Both the position numbers and the translations under genes were made by a program. A DNA stretch of 64,000 nt, taken from a virus (lineage: Duplodnaviria > Caudoviricetes). The stretch spans positions 32,001 to 96,000 of IMG/VR virus record IMGVR_UViG_3300015608_002132. One strand, 5' to 3'. The notes under the pieces are model-generated. The model had not been told where the DNA came from and did no database searches. It saw nothing but the letters and a program-made list of their open reading frames with translations. Shown one piece after another: positions 57,701-64,000 of this stretch. Within the stretch, counting starts at the first letter, position 1; the number at the start of each line of letters is the position of its first letter.

Positions 57701-57770
57701 AACGACAACGATCGAGTTCGTTGGTATCGACTTCGTCGTGACCAACCGCGATAACTTCGTAACAGGTTGA
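54732..57770 (+). CDS. tail sheath protein 2
   Basis: SPGVNASEID, KGPAFIP, APAGYTRG, WGQKTL, RVNVRRLL. Confidence 0.95.
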   Translation: MPIFQSPGVNASEIDSSAPAVRTPSGVPSCVISPTAKGPAFIPTQVTTLSDYASVFGGINSNTPHGYLTAREWFTNTAVPLVQVRVLGAGDGKTRNADGTVTNAGFVVGSQQPVESSDGILGNNQYANSTGVTGSVYFLGCFMSQSAGSTVFSDAGLQSSTTAVPIVRGVLFAPSGVVIRLSSAAQLSHAPDADFVATETAFSGGFTGSVDLGTGNQTFVLILNGHKGTDSRYPNTVTASFDPQAANYFSSVFNTDPLKTQEAGHLLYGHFDIFSSFAVPTGSGVVVAASGSTYGNKQNIAFVVPGSGSGGVHTSNTGSTITPNYEGFRDRYATAVSPWVISQGFGGSYSNLFRFHHLSDGESGNMAVKISILNIQPGTATQPYGVFDVLIRDANDRDESGTMKILEAFTNCSLNPSNPNYIGKKIGTTHNRFEFDASEAEQKIQTTGDYPNRSRYVRVEIAADVDAAELDSSAVPFGFRGPQHLVTAGSSSLYNIKHGDLLNPSFPYFDTGLGNVPLYKAVQPPVPMRLNLKKSAASSGVDTNLFWGVQFQNQVTVSDPNGSSTANDSLSGYTKFYPNFDLSSNVQFAVFDNTGVVDTTSSWVLDSDRFNNNLFSLEKVKVVTGSNALPSVTSTALLSWSYVRSGSIPSDEATKTRALAVSDLDGNASVQALAKFSFYLERGFDGVNVFDANTRYMKNAAAAQEIAQATRGLTDGPTVQGYMKSLGLIADVNDVDVQLLSVPGIRVPYITDNAISTVEQSRFDCFYVMDSEQYDTLGNNITGSYSDVSVTQTALNFVTRGVNSSFAATYFPDVNIRMDNGVVYEKMPPSVAVFGAYGRNDAVAQPFNAPAGYTRGRLGNVTDFAVNLDKRAADTLYVARINPLMSKAGVGPVVWGQKTLLNKESLLNRVNVRRLLIAVRREVRKVGNKFIFEPAREATLKSFNAAVQPILQRYQAAGGVEKYKIAIDTSTTSQADLDNKTIRGKIFIVPTTTIEFVGIDFVVTNRDNFVTG

Positions 57771-57825
57771 TGACTTAACGGTTGTTCCTAGTTAATCAGC
57801 ACAAGGAGACTAAGAAAGAAACGTC

Positions 57826-58317
57826 ATGGCCCAAACACTAACAGTACCCGAAATGCTACCGGCCAACTTCATGCCGAACATGAAGAACCGGTTCATTTTT
57901 GCTATTGAAGGCATCGATGCCTTCATGATCAAAACCGCCGCACGGCCGGAGATTACGACTGAAGAGGTCGTGCTTAACTGGCTGAACTCGACCCGGTACG
58001 TGGCCGGAAAGACGACCTTCAACCCGATCTCTGTTACGCTCTACGACCCAATCTCACCATCTGGTGCGCAACAGGTCATGGAGTGGTCACGCCTCAAGTT
58101 CGAGCCAGTGTCTGGCAGGTCTGGTTACCCAGACTTCTACAAACGGGACATCCAGCTAAAGATGGTCGACCCGGTGGGCACAGTGGTCCAGCTGTGGGAT
58201 ATCAAGGGTGCTTGGTGCACAAGCGAGAACTTTGGTGACTTGTCCATGGACGATGGTGCCGCTGCCGCCGAGATCTCATTGACAATCAGGTTTGATATAG
58301 CTGTGCTACAGTATTGA
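57826..58317 (+). CDS. tail tube protein (gp19-like)
   Basis: MKNRF, YVAGKTTFNPISVTLYD, WDIKGAW, ISLTIRFD. Confidence 0.92.
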   Translation: MAQTLTVPEMLPANFMPNMKNRFIFAIEGIDAFMIKTAARPEITTEEVVLNWLNSTRYVAGKTTFNPISVTLYDPISPSGAQQVMEWSRLKFEPVSGRSGYPDFYKRDIQLKMVDPVGTVVQLWDIKGAWCTSENFGDLSMDDGAAAAEISLTIRFDIAVLQY

Positions 58318-58381
58318 AGTATTTATTAAATAAAATCTTCTACTGTTGACTCTCCAAGGCCCATGTGCTAGCGACAGACAC

Positions 58382-58723
58382 ATGAGCAATCACAATCACC
58401 ACCTCCATCCACAAGCCGTTACCATCGACCTGAACGAGTTTCAGTTTGAGTCCTTCTCCACGTACGAGATCGTCCTGGAAAAGATTGTCAGACTGGCACG
58501 CAAAGCCGCCTGCTTGGCTTTTAACTGCCACTCCTGGGCCTTGACGATAATTCCCCGCGACGAGTGGGGAGCGGGCTCAATTCGGGCGTATAGGAGCTTT
58601 TGTGCCAGGGAATTAACATGCAGCTGTTGTGGCGTTGTTTCGCACGTGTCAGATGCGCGCATGAGCCAACACGAGCTAGAACAGTACAACTGGTCGACGC
58701 TGGTGGCCTACGAGAACCAGTGA
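58382..58723 (+). CDS. hypothetical protein
   Basis: ORF, start MSNHNH; Cys cluster. Confidence 0.5.
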   Translation: MSNHNHHLHPQAVTIDLNEFQFESFSTYEIVLEKIVRLARKAACLAFNCHSWALTIIPRDEWGAGSIRAYRSFCARELTCSCCGVVSHVSDARMSQHELEQYNWSTLVAYENQ

Positions 58724-58794
58724 AGCACGAAACGATCGATGTGCGATAGTTATCCTCGCGCAAAACCATCAACAGGAGAGGATAACTTTCATCA

Positions 58795-59775
58795 ATGTCG
58801 ACAACAAAACCTTCCAAGTCGAGTACCACAGCTGCTAGCGGCAACAAGGTAAGCCTTGCAGAGATCAGCCGTCGCAACGTCATCAAGCAGCTTAACGAGT
58901 CCCTCAGCGAACTTGAAGCTGTATCAAAGTCATTGAATGAGTCAGCTAGTCCAATTGGCTCACATGTCAGGGCGTTGACCATTCTGGAACGTTGCAACGG
59001 CCTTCTAAACAGGCACACGGGGCATGTTGTGCTCCTGGAGTTTGTGTCGCGCGAAGACCAGACAAAGTTCAAGGCGTTTAGGAACGCGATCGGCGCGGTC
59101 TTGAGTGCTAACAAGGGCAACGAAATTGAACGCTGGATGAAGGAAGATCTACAAATCGGTCTTGTTGCCTCTGCGATCGATCGGCTCCAGAAGCTGATGG
59201 TCGGTCAGACCGGTGCCAAGCAACAGCCCGGAGTTGCTCTTACAGGTGATGAACGGACGCGCCGAGCTGTAACAGGTGGTACGATGGCCAGCCGCTCCAG
59301 GGCTGGTGGGATGTTCCTTGAGGAACAACTCGGACATATTGATAATACCGAGCAACTGATCAACGTTGTCTCGGACCGACTCGGTCAGGCCACTGCGTTC
59401 TTTCAGGCGTACCAAGAACTGTTCGGGAGTGAAGACAAGGTTGCAAGCCTCAAGTCCATGATTCAATCAAAGCCGGGGCTTCTTGGTAGGGCTTTTGGTA
59501 AAACAGCGCTGTCAACACTCGCTGCAAGACTTAAGAAGTTGTTCCGGCCCGTTCGCGGCTTTGACGCGGACGTGTTTGCCGCAGAGCTGACGCCGGAAGT
59601 GATCGCCGCAAACGAGCGGGTGCAGGCGAACGTGTTTAGCGCGCTCGGTGACGTACCAGAGATTGCACGCACCGCACAGAAAAACCTCAAGGCCAGCTTG
59701 GGCCAACGGCTTTCCGGCTTCTTTGCTGGCCAGAGCGCAGGCGGTGGACCGCTTGGCGCCCCACCTCGCGGCTGA
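58795..59775 (+). CDS. hypothetical virion-associated protein
   Basis: 326 aa, AGGAGAGG SD, TAGTTA upstream, QLNES/SLNES/LLE sites. Confidence 0.75.
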   Translation: MSTTKPSKSSTTAASGNKVSLAEISRRNVIKQLNESLSELEAVSKSLNESASPIGSHVRALTILERCNGLLNRHTGHVVLLEFVSREDQTKFKAFRNAIGAVLSANKGNEIERWMKEDLQIGLVASAIDRLQKLMVGQTGAKQQPGVALTGDERTRRAVTGGTMASRSRAGGMFLEEQLGHIDNTEQLINVVSDRLGQATAFFQAYQELFGSEDKVASLKSMIQSKPGLLGRAFGKTALSTLAARLKKLFRPVRGFDADVFAAELTPEVIAANERVQANVFSALGDVPEIARTAQKNLKASLGQRLSGFFAGQSAGGGPLGAPPRG

Positions 59776-59850
59776 GCGCGCCTTCGCATTAAATCACTTT
59801 ACACTTCAAGTCTGACGTGTTATGGATCATTATAGCAATGAGGTCGTAAC

Positions 59851-60726
59851 ATGCCATCTCCGCCATCAATAGCAAACAACACACCAAAGCTGCCGGTCTT
59901 TTACAACGACAACCAGACAGTACGAGACAACGTCTCATTTTCTCAGAGTGCCAGGAAGCCAGAGCAGTTCGTAGCTCGTCACCGAGACAACTCCAAGGTG
60001 GAGATCATCAGTGACTGGCAACCGTTAACACCTGATGAATTGGCGTCAGTGCATGACCCTGCGCACGTCAATGCCGTCTTGGCTGGCACGGCCAGGAATG
60101 GGTTTGGCAACACGCTGGCCTCGGTCGCCGCTAGTCTGCCTTGGACAAACGGCAGCTTCTACCGCGCAGCCCAGCATGCCTTCAAGCATCGCACAGTGGC
60201 CATGTCTCCAACGTCCGGCTTTCATCACGCCGGATATAGGACATCGGAGGGTTTCTGCACGTTCAACGGGCTCATGGTTGCCGCGGCACTGTTGCATAAG
60301 AACGAGGGCGTCAGACGCGTCGGTATCATCGATTTCGATGCGCATTATGGCAATGGCACCGACGACATCATCGACACGCTCAAGATCGACTACATCGAAC
60401 ATGAGTCTTTTGGTGCGTATGCCGGGCCTAAGATGGTGTTTTATTTCTGGCTCGTCGAGCTGGAGAACCGACTGATGGACAAGTTTAAGAACTGCGACAT
60501 CTTGTTCTATCAGGCTGGTGCCGACCCACACATCAACGATATTCTTGGTGGGTTTCTGACCACCTTACAGATGGAACTCAGAGACCGGATCGTGTTTATG
60601 GTCGCCAAGCGGCTGAACCTCCCGATCGTCTGGAACTTGGCCGGTGGTTACCAGAGCCCGTTCGAGGATACCATGCGCCTGCATGATAACACGATGGACG
60701 CTTGCCTCATGACGTTCTATCGCTGA
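59851..60726 (+). CDS. histone deacetylase-family Zn-dependent deacylase
   Basis: GFHHA, GFCTFN, IIDFDAHYGNGT, YQAGADPH, LAGGY. Confidence 0.95.
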   Translation: MPSPPSIANNTPKLPVFYNDNQTVRDNVSFSQSARKPEQFVARHRDNSKVEIISDWQPLTPDELASVHDPAHVNAVLAGTARNGFGNTLASVAASLPWTNGSFYRAAQHAFKHRTVAMSPTSGFHHAGYRTSEGFCTFNGLMVAAALLHKNEGVRRVGIIDFDAHYGNGTDDIIDTLKIDYIEHESFGAYAGPKMVFYFWLVELENRLMDKFKNCDILFYQAGADPHINDILGGFLTTLQMELRDRIVFMVAKRLNLPIVWNLAGGYQSPFEDTMRLHDNTMDACLMTFYR

Positions 60727-60783
60727 TATTGTTCCGTATCGACAAGGGCCTAGTTAATCCAAACACTGGATTGCACTAGAGCC

Positions 60784-61137
60784 ATGTCGATAACCAAAAA
60801 TTCCAACAACAAGTCAAAGCCTATCACCAGAGCACGGCAGCTTGGTCAGGTCAAACAGGCAATTAAAGAGGCCGTTGACCTGAACGCTGTCATGCTAACC
60901 GCTGGTGACCGCGGCGAACTCAGTGAGTACAACAAGAAAATTGAGACCTTCCTGAATGAAACGTTCAAGCAGGCAGATGAGCTAGCCGAGGAGGGCGAAA
61001 CACTTTTGCGGGAAAACTTCCTGCATAGCCCGGTAGCCGAGGAGCGCAAGCGCATCGTCACCGTGATGATCGGATACTTGCGCGAAACAAGGAACAGCAT
61101 CGGCAATGTCCTGCGCCTCAGGTACCTGATTGGCTAA
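60784..61137 (+). CDS. hypothetical protein
   Basis: VKQAIKEAV helix; TAGTTA upstream. Confidence 0.72.
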   Translation: MSITKNSNNKSKPITRARQLGQVKQAIKEAVDLNAVMLTAGDRGELSEYNKKIETFLNETFKQADELAEEGETLLRENFLHSPVAEERKRIVTVMIGYLRETRNSIGNVLRLRYLIG

Positions 61138-61187
61138 TTGTCACCGGTCGACAACTATTAACTGTTGTGCTATGTTGTTGATGTATT

Positions 61188-61478
61188 ATGTCGGACGACC
61201 ACAACATACAATTCGAGGACGACGACGTCGTCATACGAAGCTGTCTAGGAAAGCTGTATCAAAAATCGAACAGCCCTGTCTGGGGCGACAGCCCAGATGA
61301 CCGCCTTTACATGTTCGTCGCATATGAACTCACCCGTGATGCTTATCACTACCAACAGGATAAACCGGGGCGAATGTACATAACAACGAGCATATGCAGC
61401 GATGGTATGCTGTATCGGTGGGCTCTGTCAGCCAAATCATTCATTAATGGCTATCTCGTAGAGGTCAGGCAGCCATGA
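61188..61478 (+). CDS. hypothetical protein
   Basis: 96-aa ORF. Confidence 0.6.
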   Translation: MSDDHNIQFEDDDVVIRSCLGKLYQKSNSPVWGDSPDDRLYMFVAYELTRDAYHYQQDKPGRMYITTSICSDGMLYRWALSAKSFINGYLVEVRQP

Positions 61479-61584
61479 TTCATCCATCGCTTGTGATTGT
61501 GCCAGCACTCATGTCACTGGCGCTGTTAGTCGGTACGCTCTCAATTGGACGTGTGCGCAACAAACGCTAGTTAACAGCAATCCT

Positions 61585-61896
61585 ATGTCCACAATGAATA
61601 AACGGTTCGCTAGCGGGTACGGCAACTCAAACGAAATGAGTGACGCGTCAGTGTCAGAGCTGCGTCAGATGTACGTGAAGAGATATCCGAACTTCTTCAA
61701 GCGCGATGACGTGCGCGATGACTTTGTGGCCATCCAGCGTGAGCTACGTTCGCTTGTACCGACAGCTCGTGTCATCAAGGAAGACCTGGATACTCTTGAT
61801 GCGCGGGTGCAGTTTGACGTACCAAAGGTCGATGAGGTCTTGCTGGAGAAGGTACTGGCCAAACGCGGCTATGTTCCGATGATCCGTCGCCAATAA
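61585..61896 (+). CDS. hypothetical protein
   Basis: 103 aa; TAGTTA upstream. Confidence 0.72.
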   Translation: MSTMNKRFASGYGNSNEMSDASVSELRQMYVKRYPNFFKRDDVRDDFVAIQRELRSLVPTARVIKEDLDTLDARVQFDVPKVDEVLLEKVLAKRGYVPMIRRQ

Positions 61897-61934
61897 GCAC
61901 TAACGTAGTTACAATGTGGAGCAGTAGCATCCAC

Positions 61935-62924
61935 ATGTCAAATTTTCAATCAGACGACGGCAGCCAGCAGTTCTTTGATACGTTGCTAGAACAACGTATG
62001 CGCGTAGCCAAGGCTCACCAGCAACGGCGCAGCCCAGCGCCACAACAACACCAGCAACGCGGCAGGCCCGGTTATGACCCGTACCTAGACCGCCGCGTCA
62101 CCACCCCGGCCCAGCACCAACAACAGACCATCTCGGAAGTACACGACCCTTACGCTAAGAGCGTGATCGAAAAGTACCAGTCGCAGCCGCATTACGGTCC
62201 GGCCCACGCTGGCCTGTCAACCAACAGGGAAGTGGCATCGAATTACGAGGTCGAAGTTGACATGGCCGCGATGCAACGGCAAATACTTCAACGCCAAATG
62301 GAGATGCAACGATCAAACGGGAACGTCGGTATGTCGGTAGACGAGGAGCTCGCCAAGCTCCCAGCACATCTCCGCGCACAGTTCGCCTCGTTGGCTGGCG
62401 GTGAGATACCAGCGTTCATGCAACCACAACGGCAACAGCCACAGCAGCAGTTCCTACCAGGGCAGCAACAACAGCCTCAATACCAACAGCCACAGCAGCA
62501 AATGACGCAAGGCCACGTCACGTTGATGGAAGGCCACCCGGTCTATAGGGCGATCGAAGCGAATGGTTTTGGTGGGACGGTTATTTTGGCCAGGGAGATT
62601 GGCGTTGTCAACGCCAACATTGCGCAGGTGCCAATGGTCCTAGGATCGCAAGCCGCGGTTGGTGTCTATGTGATCCCGCAACATCAAACAACGGTTAATC
62701 TCCAGGAGATCCAAAGTAACCCGTCAATGCTTAAACGATTGGTAATCGTCAAGCCACCTCCAATGGCTGGTATTGGTGCCAGCTTGCTTGTTATGCCAGA
62801 ATCGATCAGGGCAAGCGGTGTCAATGGTGGTCGACAGGTAATAACTGATGCAAGACAGCGCATGGTTCCGCAACACTACAACAACCAAACACCACCCGGC
62901 GCGCGCACAATCCTCAGAGGATGA
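61935..62924 (+). CDS. Q/P-rich hypothetical protein
   Basis: Poly-Q tracts; likely start MSNFQ. Confidence 0.75.
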   Translation: MSNFQSDDGSQQFFDTLLEQRMRVAKAHQQRRSPAPQQHQQRGRPGYDPYLDRRVTTPAQHQQQTISEVHDPYAKSVIEKYQSQPHYGPAHAGLSTNREVASNYEVEVDMAAMQRQILQRQMEMQRSNGNVGMSVDEELAKLPAHLRAQFASLAGGEIPAFMQPQRQQPQQQFLPGQQQQPQYQQPQQQMTQGHVTLMEGHPVYRAIEANGFGGTVILAREIGVVNANIAQVPMVLGSQAAVGVYVIPQHQTTVNLQEIQSNPSMLKRLVIVKPPPMAGIGASLLVMPESIRASGVNGGRQVITDARQRMVPQHYNNQTPPGARTILRG

Positions 62925-63424
62925 CCGCCGTAGTATTAAAAACTGACAGCTCGAACACGATCGATCTCGATAACAGCATATCGCTGTCGGCTGATATGAC
63001 TGTGCGCGTGTTATTGTCAGATGAAGCTGGTTACGGTACGTGTTTGCCAGCGGCCGTTGTCGGTGAACGGTCGATCTCGGTTATGTTACCGGACGCGCTA
63101 GCGCCGTTTGTACCAGACTTGCCGTACGTGTGTAGGGTCGAGGTTGTGAGTGATGACCAGCTCTCAGCCCAGGCCATACATGCATGCACAGTAACCGTTG
63201 TGCGCGATAGTGTCGTTGAGGAGCACAAGGCCCAGGAGTTAGCTCGGGAAGAAGACCCGGCAATTGCACTGATCGATCTGGTTATTATGAAGGAAGGCAC
63301 TCAGTCGAGTGCCACCAGGAAGACTTCAACCGGGCCGAGTGTTGCTGTCACTCAGCCAACGGTGTCTATAGATGACTTGGTCAGGGAAATTGATAGCTTG
63401 TTTGCGACGGTCAGACGTCGTTGA
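62921..63424 (+). CDS. hypothetical protein
   Basis: ATGA overlap with the upstream gene. Confidence 0.7.
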   Translation: MTAVVLKTDSSNTIDLDNSISLSADMTVRVLLSDEAGYGTCLPAAVVGERSISVMLPDALAPFVPDLPYVCRVEVVSDDQLSAQAIHACTVTVVRDSVVEEHKAQELAREEDPAIALIDLVIMKEGTQSSATRKTSTGPSVAVTQPTVSIDDLVREIDSLFATVRRR

Positions 63425-64000
63425 CGATGTCAACCTCACGCACTTGTTGAGCGTGAGCAGCTGCGTTGAACGTGAACGTTCGGGTTGGGTTGTCGATGTC
63501 AGTGAGCTCCATGATCAGCTTCTCGTTGTCAGTGAACCGGTACTCGTTCACAACCCAGTCTCCGTTCATGTGTGAGTTGGCCGAGAAAGCCTGAAGCCTG
63601 ATGACAGTCGCTGAACCGGTCGCTAGCGGGCCTTTGAGGCTATCAGCCAGCTTCTCGGCCGGGGTGGCCAAGCCGCGTCGAGCCCTGTTTGCAGCGATTG
63701 TGCGCTTGCCTGGGTTTGTCGCAGACTTGCCGACAAGGGCGCGAACGGGCGCAAGCTCCGTGGCAAGGGATCGGATGGTGCTGCCCCTGGTAGCCTTTTG
63801 ACCGGCCTTGGTGTCATCCGCTTCGCTGGCTGTGCGTTTGTTGTCGCGGCCTGCGATATCGGCGTACGTCACACTATCAATCTCGATCGAGTCGAAGTAT
63901 TCGCTGACCGCTGTGCCAATCAGCTTGTCCTTCCCGTCCACGTAGAAGGAAGTGAGACGCAGGCCGCTGTCCGCGGCTTGAAGCTCAATCACGCGGCTAC
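63411..64000 (-). CDS. hypothetical protein, probably 5'-truncated by the window edge
   Basis: Frame stays open to the right edge. Confidence 0.6.
   Translation of the reverse strand, partial: SRVIELQAADSGLRLTSFYVDGKDKLIGTAVSEYFDSIEIDSVTYADIAGRDNKRTASEADDTKAGQKATRGSTIRSLATELAPVRALVGKSATNPGKRTIAANRARRGLATPAEKLADSLKGPLATGSATVIRLQAFSANSHMNGDWVVNEYRFTDNEKLIMELTDIDNPTRTFTFNAAAHAQQVREVDIVNDV

Noticed and set aside
1-64000. CRISPR array, retron/DGR reverse transcriptase, integrase or transposase
   Set aside because: I saw no regularly spaced repeats and no YxDD RT, recombinase or DDE motifs.
1-64000. Alternative genetic code or suppressor tRNA
   Set aside because: Core genes are full length under code 11, all three stop codons end real genes, and no tRNA has a CTA, TTA or TCA anticodon.

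Overview
A 64-kb segment of a large (jumbo-type) T4-like myophage genome, read in the standard genetic code. From 1 to about 29.5 kb the genes are mostly on the minus strand. This part holds small hypothetical genes, six canonical tRNAs, a tRNA-like RNA lacking its anticodon arm, a catalytic-core-only SerRS paralog next to a frameshifted MazG-like gene, and a KTSC protein. It also holds an HExxH peptidase followed by an RpoD-like sigma factor whose region 4.2 HTH appears to be a separate gene, an intein-containing terminase plus an ATPase-only terminase paralog, a DEDDh exonuclease, a fused SbcD-SbcC, primase, GroEL and a GapR/DsbA-like protein. From about 29.5 to 64 kb most genes are on the plus strand and encode the virion: portal with a mini-intein, prohead protease, scaffold, major capsid protein, neck proteins, two tail sheaths and a tail tube. 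Three free-standing homing endonucleases and an enzyme cluster (NUDIX, ligase-fold plus HIGH nucleotidyltransferase fusion, probable ADP-ribosyltransferase, HDAC-family deacetylase) are interspersed. Two promoter classes are visible. TTGACA-N17-TAYnnT precedes early and tRNA genes. A TA(G/C)TTA hexamer precedes most structural genes, appears to serve divergent gene pairs bidirectionally, and often sits 5-9 nt from the start codon. The best candidates for undescribed biology are (1) the armless tRNA / minimal SerRS / MazG locus, (2) the split sigma factor with the palindromic late promoter, (3) a set of enzymes carrying a shared capsid-targeting-like helix, and (4) a GNRA-rich structured RNA upstream of tRNA-Lys. 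All calls come from manual motif reading; no searches were run.
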